A DNA stretch of 62,272 nt, filler included, from Stramenopiles sp. TOSAG23-3 (GCA_900128585.1; 27 parts of 27 records of this genome joined end to end with filler, not necessarily neighbours in it); one strand, 5' to 3'; positions 1-11,672 are shown, counted from the first letter of the whole stretch. The notes: a model not told the origin generated them from the sequence alone. Made by a program: numbers and translations.

Positions 1-174
1 ATTTTACTTTTTACCAAAATTTATTGTTTGTTGTACTTTTGTGTTGGAATATATTTCTTTATTTTAAAATTCACACCGATTAAAGAATTTTGAGATGTAA
101 AATTTTATCCTCGTGCGTGCACATGATGAGCTATTGGGCCACGTCATTGTGCCAAACAAGTCTCTTTGGTGTTT

Positions 175-2076
175 CTATCTATTACGCATATCTTTTAATG
201 TCGCCTTTATCTGATTTTTTAACGCCTCTTGGTCAAGAGTAGTGTTTGCACCATCCGTTGCGCAACAAAAGTCCTTCTCGGTCTCTTCCAATTCTTTGAA
301 AAGCCGCTCAAACATTGATGTATCGTCCGCGGGTAGCCCTTTCAAGCGTCGGAGTAGTTCTTGCGCATGCTTTTCCGTCCCCAGTTCTTGCAAATTGTAT
401 CGCATAATTACCCCGTGTCTCCCGTCACGTTCCCTCTCTAATGCATAGACGGGTCCTGACGGTCCACAAGATGTCGACGTGACTGCTTCAATCGCTTTGA
501 GGTCATCCACCGTTAAAGTTAAAGAGCATGCTTTGATGGAGGAATCAATATGCTTCGAGCTCCTCGCTCCTAAGATGCAGGAACCCACACCTGGACGGCT
601 AAGTACAAAAGCAATAGCAACTTCGGCGATGGATGCACCATCCCCGTGTCGGTCGCCAATATCGCGCATCGTTTGCAAAAGTTCCTGGTATTTTTCCCAT
701 CCCCCGAATTCATCAATAATGAGCCGATATTTTACCAGCGAGCGGTTCTCCAGCTGTGTATTTTCCAGCGGAACTTCCGCGGCACCAAGCCAGCGGTCAG
801 TGAGGAAACCGCCGGCTAACGTTCCGTAACACAGCATCTTAATTCCATGGTTTAAGCATAATGCTTCGAGGTGATATTTTGGGCGTTGGTCTAAAACGGA
901 ATACTGTACTTGCGTGGATACGATGGGAATTCCCGCTGAAAGCATCTCTTCTGTGGCTTTTGCATCAAAGTTAGTCAAGCCGATGTTTCTCAAAATGCCA
1001 CCTTCCTCGCCCTGCAGCGCGGCCAAATACTTGGCAACTTCAACGTAGCGAGGAATAGACAGGTCCCACCAATGAAACTGACACAAATCTAATGAGTCGA
1101 CTTGCAGACGATTGCAGCTTCTTTGAACAATGCGGCGAACGAATTCTTGGTTCAACTTTGTGTCATCCCCTAGCAGATTTAAATCCGGTACGAATTTACT
1201 GTGTATCTGTACATTTCCTTTCGCCTGCGAATCTCCGCTGTGGTATTTGTATTTGCGAATAAATTTTCCTACCATCTCCTCCACTCCTGTGTATATATCG
1301 CCCATGTCAAACGTATTCAGTCCCGCTTCAACATGATTATTCATATTAATCAGTGCAGGATCCTCCTCAAACCCTTCGTGATGACCGGATGACAACTGCC
1401 ATCCACCTACTATAATTTTTGGGCAAGTATATATTTCGGGAAAATATGTATGTGCTGTCGATGACAAGTGGCAAGTTCGAAACACAGTTGCAGGGACATT
1501 ACAGAATCTTTGATAGTGCATAACCATCAATTTCCCCATATAATCGTCTGTTGGATTCTCGGAAGCTATTTTCAAGCACGGTGCTGCCGAGGCGCGATCA
1601 CCCAAAATTTCCTCATAGTAAATGCCCAAATAGAAACTAAGGTATCCTCCTTTTCGCCACTGCCCTGCAGAAAGTGACACCGCTTCAATACCATCCTGGA
1701 AGAGCTTCAGGGCATCCGAGGCCCAGGGTCTGTCGTCTTTGCCGTTAATTTTCAGCATACTGGACCGCGCAGCATCAACGCCGTCGATCTTGGTCTTGCA
1801 TAGCACGTGCCAGACAACTTCTTCTACATCGGAACCGTTCACGGACATGTTGCTCTCAAATTGCTTTGCACCTTCCGCATATTTACCAGAATAGAACGCT
1901 GCCAATCCCCTTTGCCAAAGATAAGGCCGTAAGGCTTCGTCCTCGACTAACGCTTTACTGAAAGTCCAAAACGATTCTGTTGTTCTGTCTATTTTACCTT
2001 CAGACAGGACCAATAATTGTGCCGCTTTCTGAACAAGTTTATTCTTTGATATATCTACAGCACTAACGTTTGCCAT
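175..2076 (-). CDS. TPR-like domain fused to an aldo-keto reductase
   Basis: 633-aa intact ORF. N-term PYLWQRGL..FY.GKY.EGAKQF...N.SDVEE..W is TPR-like; from about aa 215 AKR motifs IIVGGWQLS, FDMGDIY, HSK, LDLCQFHWW, IGLTNF, QVQYSVLDQR, YGTLAGGFL. Confidence 0.88.
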   Translation of the reverse strand: MANVSAVDISKNKLVQKAAQLLVLSEGKIDRTTESFWTFSKALVEDEALRPYLWQRGLAAFYSGKYAEGAKQFESNMSVNGSDVEEVVWHVLCKTKIDGVDAARSSMLKINGKDDRPWASDALKLFQDGIEAVSLSAGQWRKGGYLSFYLGIYYEEILGDRASAAPCLKIASENPTDDYMGKLMVMHYQRFCNVPATVFRTCHLSSTAHTYFPEIYTCPKIIVGGWQLSSGHHEGFEEDPALINMNNHVEAGLNTFDMGDIYTGVEEMVGKFIRKYKYHSGDSQAKGNVQIHSKFVPDLNLLGDDTKLNQEFVRRIVQRSCNRLQVDSLDLCQFHWWDLSIPRYVEVAKYLAALQGEEGGILRNIGLTNFDAKATEEMLSAGIPIVSTQVQYSVLDQRPKYHLEALCLNHGIKMLCYGTLAGGFLTDRWLGAAEVPLENTQLENRSLVKYRLIIDEFGGWEKYQELLQTMRDIGDRHGDGASIAEVAIAFVLSRPGVGSCILGARSSKHIDSSIKACSLTLTVDDLKAIEAVTSTSCGPSGPVYALERERDGRHGVIMRYNLQELGTEKHAQELLRRLKGLPADDTSMFERLFKELEETEKDFCCATDGANTTLDQEALKNQIKATLKDMRNR

Positions 2077-2221
2077 CCCCGCAACTGGAATTCCTGGAGG
2101 AGTTGTAAGTTATAAATCTCGTCCCACCCCCGTTTGGCTCCCGTTACTTTCTTTCAGGTTATATTGGTAAATTTGCCTCCACACCACTGATCTTCTTCCT
2201 TGGATGAAGTCTTCGTTCACT

Positions 2222-2321
2222 NNNNNNNNNNNNNNNNNNNNNNNNNNNNNNNNNNNNNNNNNNNNTTAATTAATTAANNNNNNNNNNNNNNNNNNNNNNN
2301 NNNNNNNNNNNNNNNNNNNNN
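2222..2321. other. Artificial contig linker (N44-TTAATTAATTAA-N44), first of 26 identical linkers (last at 59978-60077)
   Basis: Identical 100-bp spacer with stops in all six frames recurs about every 2.3 kb; contig lengths fall steadily from 2221 to about 2197 bp. Confidence 0.99.
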
Positions 2322-2327
2322 TCGGCA

Positions 2328-3959
2328 ATGCGAGAGTATAAAATACAAATTGTCCGTCGCACCGATGGGAAAACGGTCGAACGGACAAAGAAAACCAATT
2401 TAGTCATGAGCCCAATCCCTAGTGTTTTTTGCATGGAAATTAGAAATTCGTACTCGTTTGTTTGCGACGTGTGCACAAAGCTGAACGATATCATTATAGA
2501 GAAGGCATCGCACCACCCCGTAAATACGGAGGATTTGTTTAAGGCAGTGAGAGCCGGAAACTCGGGGCATGCTAATTTGATCGCACGCCGCCTTTCGCGA
2601 AAGCAATTGAACGCTAATGGAGACAACAACAAGTGGGGGGACAGTGCGCTGCATATCGCGTGCCAATCGCATTTTTTAGACGTTGCGGAAGTGTTGCTGG
2701 CCAATGGGGCAGACATCAATGTTAAAAATATCGGAGGCGAAACCCCCCTCTACCAAATGGCCAATATGGGGCGGCGAAAAGATATACTTGCCCTTCTCGT
2801 TGAACAAGGCGCACAAGTCAATTTTCACATCAACAACGGGAGCTTTCCCTTGCAAGCAGCGTGCGTCACGGGGGATCCGGCTTACGTTTCTGAACTGGTT
2901 AAGGGGGGATCACACGTAAACTTTCAAAACTCTGTCGACGGGAGCACGGCCATGCACAAATGCTGCGCTTTGGCAGAGCCGGAATGTTTGAGGGAGCTCT
3001 TGCTCGCACGTGCAAGCAGACACATCAGGAACAACGCTGGGGTGAAACCGCTAGAATTTGCAGTCAAGCGCACGAAAATAAACCCCCGCTATGCCGAGTG
3101 TGTAAAATTAATGGAGACAAGGAGGTTTGCGGATGTGCTGAGAATAAGGCTGGCAAGCGATCCGGACCCTGAAGAGGTGGCTGCAGTAGCTGAAAACAAT
3201 AGAATAAATGAAAAAATTGCAGAATTGGAGAAAGACGGCGTCGACGCCGTGTGGGAAAAGTACGAGAAACCAGACGGAACGCCTTACTGGTTTTGCTTGG
3301 AACTAGATTTGATATCCGATACGGACCCAACATTGAAAGAAACAAAAGAAGAAGAGAAGGAAGAGCAAAAGAAATCGGACTACGCCGATCGCCACAGCGA
3401 TGACGAGGGCAAAGAGAGCAAAACGGCAAAAGATTGGATTGTGCGGTACGACACAAACGGTTACAAGTTTTGGGAAAATAAAAACACGAAGGAGAGCGCT
3501 TACAACAATCCTGAGAGCGAACGAAGCGCAATCCTGAGAGCGAACGATGCGGGTGGTGTAGAAGAGCAATCTGATATCAGGTATTGGGTGGAACATTACG
3601 ACGAGGAGAACCAAGTCCCATATTGGTACAACCAGAAGGATGGGTCGTCGACCTACAATGACCCGTTTGCCTCGCATTACACTCCAACCTGGGACCAAGG
3701 TGGCGGTGAAAAGGAATACGAACTGTACCAGGACCTACACGGCGATGACGATGAGACAGAAACCGGGGGCACAGCACTAAATACTTTAACGCTAGAAAAT
3801 CTTGAAGTGCACAATGAAGCGGTTGGAATAGAGCAGGGTTCTGATATCAGGTTTTGGGTGGAATATTACGACGAGGAGAACCAGGTCCCATATTGGTACA
3901 ACCAAAAAGATGGGACATCGACCTACGACAACCCGTTTGCCTCGCAAAGCGCGTCTTAA
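2328..3959 (+). CDS. Ankyrin-repeat protein with four C-terminal WW-like domains (true start uncertain)
   Basis: Ankyrin motifs GDSALHIAC, GETPLY, GSFPLQAAC, GSTAMH; WW-like units WEKYEKPDGTPYWF, WIVRYDTNGYKFWEN and two copies of WVE.YDEENQVPYWYNQKDG.STY..P. Confidence 0.85.
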   Translation: MREYKIQIVRRTDGKTVERTKKTNLVMSPIPSVFCMEIRNSYSFVCDVCTKLNDIIIEKASHHPVNTEDLFKAVRAGNSGHANLIARRLSRKQLNANGDNNKWGDSALHIACQSHFLDVAEVLLANGADINVKNIGGETPLYQMANMGRRKDILALLVEQGAQVNFHINNGSFPLQAACVTGDPAYVSELVKGGSHVNFQNSVDGSTAMHKCCALAEPECLRELLLARASRHIRNNAGVKPLEFAVKRTKINPRYAECVKLMETRRFADVLRIRLASDPDPEEVAAVAENNRINEKIAELEKDGVDAVWEKYEKPDGTPYWFCLELDLISDTDPTLKETKEEEKEEQKKSDYADRHSDDEGKESKTAKDWIVRYDTNGYKFWENKNTKESAYNNPESERSAILRANDAGGVEEQSDIRYWVEHYDEENQVPYWYNQKDGSSTYNDPFASHYTPTWDQGGGEKEYELYQDLHGDDDETETGGTALNTLTLENLEVHNEAVGIEQGSDIRFWVEYYDEENQVPYWYNQKDGTSTYDNPFASQSAS

Positions 3960-4114
3960 CTGGGACGTGCTTGAAGTCTTGGGGCTGGGGTACTGAAGCC
4001 AGAGAGAATCAAAGAGTGTGTTTGCATTTTGTACTCTCTCTCCATTTTAAAAACAAGAAAATTGGCTGTTATAGAATTTTTTTATTTCACCCCGGTGTAG
4101 TCACCGTAGTCTTT

Positions 4115-4465
4115 TTAATTAATCTTAGCACATTCGGCACCACCACGTCCAGTATTGACGAATCCTTTGAATGCCCTAGATTCAGCAGCAAGTCTAAAAA
4201 TGATTGGTTGATCTTTGATTTTCTCTCCTACTGGAATTTCCAAATTAGTGTTAGTAATAATCACGTCTGGTGTGAATTTATTGAGTTGCATTGAAATGGT
4301 AGTTGCTACGCGAAGGGCAGTAGCATCCGTGCGGCCCAATAAAGACAATTTAGTCGGTTTGTTGGTACTTGGATCGACCAAATACAATTCACGATTATCA
4401 ATTTCTATTGCTTCTGCTGCAGTGGCAGCATCGTCATTATCGTCATCGTCGTTATTGTATGACAA
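4115..4465 (-). CDS. Hypothetical protein, probably a 3' fragment
   Basis: 116-codon open frame with protein-like composition, convergent with the ankyrin-WW gene; its 5' end runs into the 79-bp inverted repeat. Confidence 0.35.
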   Translation of the reverse strand: MSYNNDDDDNDDAATAAEAIEIDNRELYLVDPSTNKPTKLSLLGRTDATALRVATTISMQLNKFTPDVIITNTNLEIPVGEKIKDQPIIFRLAAESRAFKGFVNTGRGGAECAKIN

Positions 4466-4642
4466 TTGGTTTTCTTTGTCCGTTCGACCGTTTTCCCATC
4501 GGTGCGACGGACAATTTGTATTTTATACTCTCGCATTGCCGANNNNNNNNNNNNNNNNNNNNNNNNNNNNNNNNNNNNNNNNNNNNTTAATTAATTAANN
4601 NNNNNNNNNNNNNNNNNNNNNNNNNNNNNNNNNNNNNNNNNN

Positions 4643-6863
4643 TTTTGAAGGGGTTGATAAGCAGCGAAAACTTCTTGCTGAAGAGCGTCGGCTAGAGCAT
4701 CTCAGCAAATTAAATAGAACCCCGTCACCAAAGAAAAAGTCAAAAGCGGGAAGAGTGACGGTAGATCAATTTTTGAATTCGATTTGGGACACGTTCGATT
4801 TGGACCGTGATAAAAATCTCAATCCACAAGAATTGAAAACATTGTTTAGGGCGTACACTGGAAGTGAGGTTACCGAAAAGGACACCACAATGTTCCTCGA
4901 TAGTATTGACAAAGATGGGAATCGCATGATAAGCCAAGAGGAGTTGACTGCATTTATCAAGCAAGGCATGAAACTTCCCACGAAAGCGAGAAAAACGTAC
5001 ATGAGCCGGGGACAATTTCATAAAAAGGTCATAACATTTTTTGACACATTTAGAGGCGCAATCAAGAAAATGCAAGATGATCGTGATATGAAGATTAGTA
5101 TGATTGGGAAGGAAATCACTGTTGAAACTTGGATAAACACTATTTGGAGCAAGTATGATTTGGATCAAGATGACAACTTAAACTCGGAAGAATTGAGCGT
5201 GTTTTTCTCCGATCTTACCAAAATAGAGATTGACAGCAAGGAGACAAAACAATTTTTAGACAGTGTCGATGAGGACGGTAACGGCTTGATAGATAGAGAC
5301 GAGCTAGCGGAGTACATAGAGCGAGGGATGAACCTTTCTGAAAACGAAATCAGAGGATATTTAAAGAGAGGGAAATTTCACAAAAAAGTTGTTGCACTAT
5401 TTCAAGCAGCAAAGGAAGAGTTAAAAACAAGGAGGGAAGACAGGAAAAGGTCAGAGCACAAGAAAAAAGGACTCAAAGCAGGCAGCTTTGGCTTTTTGGG
5501 ATCAGAGCTAATTGCCGATATATCAGATTCAAAGCGTTCCAGCAAATTGGTGTTGAACCTAATGGACGGCGCCAACAATAAAATTGGCGAGTCATTTCTA
5601 CTCCCATTTTCCAAGCTTGTGCCTTTTAAGCAGTATCAGTTAAAGCATAGATTTATGCAATCGCATGAGACGTACGAAATCAATATGGTAGTTGTAGCAG
5701 AAGAGGCGTTAGAAGACCGTAGAAAATTTTCCTCCTTTTTTGAATTGTCTGCTTTCTCCATAGCTTTTGACAACGATGATTCAGGACACACAAGCCACGA
5801 CACCTGCTTGTTTGTGAAGTTAAGTACAGAACAGGTGAAATCCGAGGTAGAGACTGAGAATATGCTGCAATTTACTTCTACCGAGGGTGATTTTTTAGCA
5901 AAGTGCGAGGATCCCGATTGGCAAACAAATGGGAGAGTCTTTTTGGTAGGCGGGGAAGAAATGAGCCACCAGACATTTCCTATTCTCACTACCCCGGCGG
6001 TGGCCGACATTTTCTATTTCCGTTTCAACCAATTTGGTAATTTTCAGTGCCTAGGGAAGAGCCTTTTAAAAGGTAGCGAAGTTAGGAATGAATTTATAAC
6101 TGAAAATTTGTCAATTAGCGGCAACAACTTGGACGGTCCAAAACAATGTAGTCTTACGTACACCTCCTCCGGATTTTGCGAGGTTGCTACCTCTCCACCG
6201 CATACAATTCACCAGGCGAATGATGATGCGTCGCCCCCAGAGCGTATCATTGGAGCAGAAGATACCATTGTTGGATCAGCGATCAGGGTGGGATCTGAGA
6301 GCAGGGTTGAATCAAGGTTTGGATCTCAAGGCACATTTAGTCAACAGCCGAGGAGATCACAAAAAAAAAACAGGTGGTCTGCGGAAGAGCTTGCGGAAGA
6401 AAACGAAAAATTGAGGGGAATTGTACAGTCGAGCCAGGAGGAAATACAACATTTGAAGGAAAGAGAAGACGAAACAGCCGCATACAACGAAGAGTTGATA
6501 TCGTCTATGCGATCTAGGATTGAATCTTTAGAAGACCAAATTTTGGATGTTGACGACATTATCCAAGGAAAGTCGAAAGAGCTCAAGAAAATGGAGACGT
6601 TAAATCTTAAATTGAGACGAAAATTAACGAAAGCGCCCAAAATAGAGAAAGTGAAAGAACTAGAAATGGACGCTGTTCGCTTAAAGGCCATCGTAAAAGC
6701 TTCAGAAAAGACGAACAACACGCTATTAAATCGTTTGGAACAGGTTCAAAAAAAGCGCTATGGCTATGTCCCAAAGCGATCGGCAAAAGCATCATCGAAT
6801 AATTCACCAGGAAACAACAACCAAATTCCATCGCAGCACCGAGGGCGAAACAACCCGTCCAGT
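4643..6863 (+). CDS. EF-hand protein (two repeated EF-pair modules) with C-terminal coiled coil; partial
   Basis: Loops DLDRDKNLNPQE, DKDGNRMISQEE, DLDQDDNLNSEE, DEDGNGLIDRDE; heptad-rich E/K/L region late in the ORF; runs off the contig end. Confidence 0.85.
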
Positions 6864-6968
6864 NNNNNNNNNNNNNNNNNNNNNNNNNNNNNNNNNNNNN
6901 NNNNNNNTTAATTAATTAANNNNNNNNNNNNNNNNNNNNNNNNNNNNNNNNNNNNNNNNNNNNACAAG

Positions 6969-9184
6969 ATGAAATGGCTAACTGTATTGCTGTGCTTGGC
7001 GGGGACGGTTCGTGGGACGTTTTTTAATGTACAAAATTCGCCATGGGTTCCAAACATGATCAAAGGGCATTTAAGTATCCCCACGAAGCGTGCCTACGAT
7101 TGGGAATATTTCAAATTAGAGGGAACCAGTTATCTTGCTGTAGCAAATGCCTTGAAAGGTTCTAAGAGTGTCATATATAAATGGGACAACGGGCGTTTTG
7201 TTATTGAAGATTCTTTTGAGCGAAGTGTTCACTCCTGGGAGTTTTTCACTATTAACGGACGGTCGTTTCTTGCGATGGCTGACGCCAGTGATAATGATAA
7301 TAATTTTCAAATAAAAAGCATAATTTATTGCTGGAATGGAACTAAATTTATACCTTACCAGTTCGTGGAGACAATCGGGGCTATTGACTGGGAATATTTT
7401 ACAGTTATGAATGAATCCTATCTAGCATTAGCCAATTTTCGGGATGGGAAAGGAAGTTATACCGAGCCGCGATATAATATTAACAGTGTTATATACAAGT
7501 GGGTTGAAAACCAATTTGTAGTATTTCAAAACATATCGAGTGGTAGTGCTCGTGATTGGGAGCATTTTAGAATTAACGGAGTCTCATATCTTGCCATAGC
7601 AAGTCATGCTAAAGAATATTCCTATGTTACTACGAGCACTATATATAAATGGAATGGAACAAGATTTGTTGAGTTTCAGGAATTAATCACCAGGGGAGCA
7701 AATGATTGGGAATCATTCGTGCTTGACCAAATGGTATACATTGTTGTAGCCAACAACGTTGATGACATCAATACTAGAACTAACAGCGTTATTTACAAAT
7801 GGAACGGCTCGAGTTTTATTGTATTTCAAAATATCGAAACAAATGGAGCATGGAAATGGAAACACTTCAGGCTAAATTACGACCATTATCTCGCCGTGGC
7901 AAACTTTGGAGGTTGGCCGGGGGAGAGCATCGATAGTGTGATTTTTAAATGGAATGGATTTCAATTTATACCGTATCAAAACATTGGGACTAATGGTGCC
8001 TCAGACTGGGAATCCTTTCTGATAGGATCAGAGTTTTTTCTTGTTGTAGCAAATTATTTGGAAAACACAAATAGCATTGTGTATAATATTGGAAATACAA
8101 CTCAGAGTTGCTCCACAACAACACCAGTGAATTGCCCCACAGTTACATCAGCAAATTGCCCAACGTGCCCAGTTTGCCCCACAACGACACCAGCAAATTC
8201 ATTGGCAACCACAACGACATCAGCAAATTGCCCAACGTGCCGGAATTGCCCCACAACGACAACAATATACTCTTGGAACGAAGTGATAACGACTGGTATA
8301 AAACCCAGCGCACGTCAACAGCACTCATCCGTTCTTTACAACAACCAAATGGTTATGTTTGGGGGGTGGGATGGTAGTAATAAAAATGATGTTTGGATGT
8401 TAGATTTAACCTCCTATGTTTGGACACAATTGGAAACTACTGGCATCAAACCCAGTGTGCGACGTGCTCACACGTCCATTCTTTACAATGGAAACATGGT
8501 TATGTTTGGCGGTTGGGATGAAAATAGCAACAATGACGTCTGGATACTACATTTATCCACTTACAACTGGACAAAAGTAGCAACAGGTGGGACAAACCCT
8601 GGTGGGCGTAGTGGTCACTCATCTGTTCTTTATAATGGACAAATGATTATGTTTGGGGGTTATAATGATGGCCATGGAAACATGAAAAACAGCCTGTGGG
8701 CCCTGGATTTGACGTCATTTTTGTGGACCCAACTGACAACTAATGAAATTAAACCCACCGCGCGTGCTTATCACTCGTCCATTCTTTACAACGGGAACAT
8801 GTTTGTCTTCGGGGGTTGGAATGGAAGCCCCAATAACCATTATAATGACATATGGGCTTTAAGTTTGACTTCATATTTATGGACACAGGTTACCACAACT
8901 GGCGCAAAACCTACCATACGCAAGTACCATTCATCAATTCTTTACAATGGAAACATGGTAATGTTTGGGGGATTAATGGGAGGCGCTGGTACTAATATAT
9001 ACAATGACGCATGGGAAATAAATTTGAAGTCTAACAACTGGCTAGAAATGATAACAAATGGGGTAAAACCTAGTGTGCGTTACACTCACTCGTCCATTCT
9101 GTCCGATGAAAACATGGTCATTTTTGGGGGTAAGGATGGTAGAGGAAATCATTACAATGACGTCTGGACCCTAGATTTGACCCC
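6969..9184 (+). CDS. Secreted protein: signal peptide, 7 EAR/EPTP repeats, Thr/Cys/Pro linker, at least 6 Kelch repeats; 3' partial
   Basis: MKWLTVLLCLAGTVRG; repeats of T.GA.DWE.F....YLAVAN...S.IYKWNG..F; CPTC linker; repeats of P..R..HSS.LYNG.M.MFGG....ND.W.L.L. Confidence 0.88.
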
Positions 9185-9284
9185 NNNNNNNNNNNNNNNN
9201 NNNNNNNNNNNNNNNNNNNNNNNNNNNNTTAATTAATTAANNNNNNNNNNNNNNNNNNNNNNNNNNNNNNNNNNNNNNNNNNNN

Positions 9285-11465
9285 GTTACCAGTAACGATC
9301 GAAACGTTCGCGTTCTGCTCTAGCGCCGTTATGTACTCACCGGTTTCATTATTGCATGCTCGGCAGGTGCCTTGCTCAGTGCCTCCGCACCCTTCACGGA
9401 TTTCGCCAAGGGCGGAGCACTTCGTGCACTTGGCGCATGACCCTGACGTTTCCAAATATTCGTACGAGCGGCACGAGCTGCAATTTGTTCTGCTAGGGAC
9501 GGAGAATGTTGCACCGCTACAAACACCTGCGCAGTTTCCATTAGAAGTGTTTTTGACCGAAATGTTTCCAACAACGCTGAAGAACCCCCGGTTACATAAA
9601 TCGCAGCTTGTGCTGGCTTCCACGTTGTTCGAATACCGCCCGGCCACGCAATGGGTACATTTAGTGGCGCCCTTTCCAGAGGTGATTTGCCCCGGTGGAC
9701 AGTTGTGGCACGCACTCGCTTCATCCGACATTCCCGTTCCAACACCATACGTCCCTTCCATGCATTTTTTACATTTGTTTTCCTTTCGTGCGGTCTGGTA
9801 AGTGCCGACGTGACATTGTACGCACGAGGTTAGGCCGAGTTGATCTTGGTACTGTCCTGCGTCACAGTCAAAGCAAACGGTTCTCGATCCATTCCCGTAC
9901 TGCCCTTCATTGCATTTTCTGCAGTCTCCTAGCCTAGTGCCCCCCAATTTGTCGTACACCGTCCCAAGAGGACATTCTTTACATGCTTGGGAGGCACTAC
10001 TGTTGTCGTTGTACTGTCCATATGGACAAAGAAGGCAGTTGACCAAGCCAATCGCATTCGAATACCGCCCTGTAGACGCTTCCAGCCCACAGTCTATGCA
10101 GTCAGCTTTACCAGGCGATGGCTGCGCGCGCCCTAGGGGGCAACTTTCGCACCCCTCGTCGGCGTGGCCCTGCCCCCCAATGTACGTTCCAGCGGAACAT
10201 TTCGTGCAACTGGACTGCCCCGAAACATTTTGAAAGAATCCTGGGTTGCACATAGTGCACGACTCCTCCCCCTTTTCATTTTGTTGGAAACCTGGCGAGC
10301 ACTGAAAACAAGACGACAACCCCGTGGCGTTGCCAAACCTCCCTTCACTACAATCCTCGCAGGCGCTGATTTTATTGCCAAATGAGAATTTTCCTTTCGG
10401 GCAGACGTTGCAGACAGTTGGGGTAGACCCATCGTTGTATTTGCCACTGGTACAGTTGTCACACTCTGTTGCACCTGTGACGTTGATCGCATGGCCCTTT
10501 TCGCAGTCCTTGCACGTTTGAAGCCCTTTTCTGTCCCCAAACTTTCCCGTCGAACAATCAAAACACTGTGACAACGGGGAAGCTTGCGCACTTGTTGTCG
10601 GGTTGAAGGAAGATTTACCAGACGGGCATTGCAAGCAAGTCTTTGTGCCAGCAGTGGCATTTTTTACAGAAAATTTGCCACTTTCGCACACCCCGCATTG
10701 GTTTTCCCCTTCGCTAGTTTGGTAGAATCCACTGGCGCATGCATCGCACGCCAAGGTTCCTTCAGCGTCGCTAAAAAAACCTGGAAGGCAGTTTTTGCAC
10801 TTGGATTGCTGTTGGTCCGGGTTGTACGCGCCTTTTGCACATTTAGTGCACTCTGAGATGACGGTCCCAGCGCTGAATGATCCCGCGGGGCACTTAAAGC
10901 ATGTTTTTAATCCCGTTGCATTGCCAAACAGCCCATCGTCACAACCTTTGCACGACGGTTCACCCTCGACATCTTGGTAAAAGCCAACGGCACAGCTGGT
11001 ACAGGAGATCGCGCTTTTGTCACCGTTGGCGTCCTCCGTGCTCATTCCAGGGGGACAGGCACGGCACGACCGCGTTCCGTGGGTGGTGTTCTCTACACTA
11101 ACGTGGCCACTGGGGCAAGGAAGGCAGGCTCCTGTACCTTCGGCGTCGGAGTACGTTCCATTTGGACATGCAGCGCAGCTGGTCGCGAATGGAATGTTCA
11201 AGTTATGGAAACCTTTTGGGCAGCTTGAACAGACCGTTTGGCCAGTCTGGTCATTGTACTGCCCTTGGCCGCATTCCTTGCACTCTCTGCCTTTGATATT
11301 ATCTTGGAACTGCCCTGTTGGGCAAAGCAAACAATCGCTCATCATATACTCCGGAGTGTACTTACCTTTCGAGCAACTCTTGCAAACAGTTTCTGTGTGA
11401 CTCAGCAGATCTTGGTACTCTCCTTTATCGCAGGGAAGGCACTTTCCGAAGCCATATACGTACAC
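9285..11465 (-). CDS. Cysteine-rich surface protein with tandem GCC2/GCC3 (ephrin-receptor-like) repeats; partial
   Basis: Many C..C..G.(Y/F)...G...C units and NxT/S sequons over more than 700 aa; TNFR-like Cys spacing near the end. Confidence 0.88.
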
Positions 11466-11672
11466 GTCCTTGGATTGAAACGTTGTTTTGTCAAAATTAG
11501 GGTTNNNNNNNNNNNNNNNNNNNNNNNNNNNNNNNNNNNNNNNNNNNNTTAATTAATTAANNNNNNNNNNNNNNNNNNNNNNNNNNNNNNNNNNNNNNNN
11601 NNNNATAACAGCCAATTTTCTTGTTTTATATTTTTAAGATCTCATGCTAGGTTGGCTGCAGCTCCCTGGTTT

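Larger units (their letters stand above)
2322..4542. repeat. 79-bp perfect inverted repeat at both ends of contig 2 (2322-2400 and 4464-4542)
   Basis: tcggcaatgcgagag...aaaaccaatt is the exact reverse complement of aattggtttt...ctcgcattgccga. Confidence 0.95.

Noticed and set aside
2266..2277. TTAATTAATTAA recurring about every 2.3 kb as a biological repeat
   Set aside because: Always centred in N runs; an artificial six-frame-stop linker
11497..11504. Telomere (TTAGGGTT at contig end; also about 14439, 47003, 59861)
   Set aside because: Single isolated copies, no tandem array
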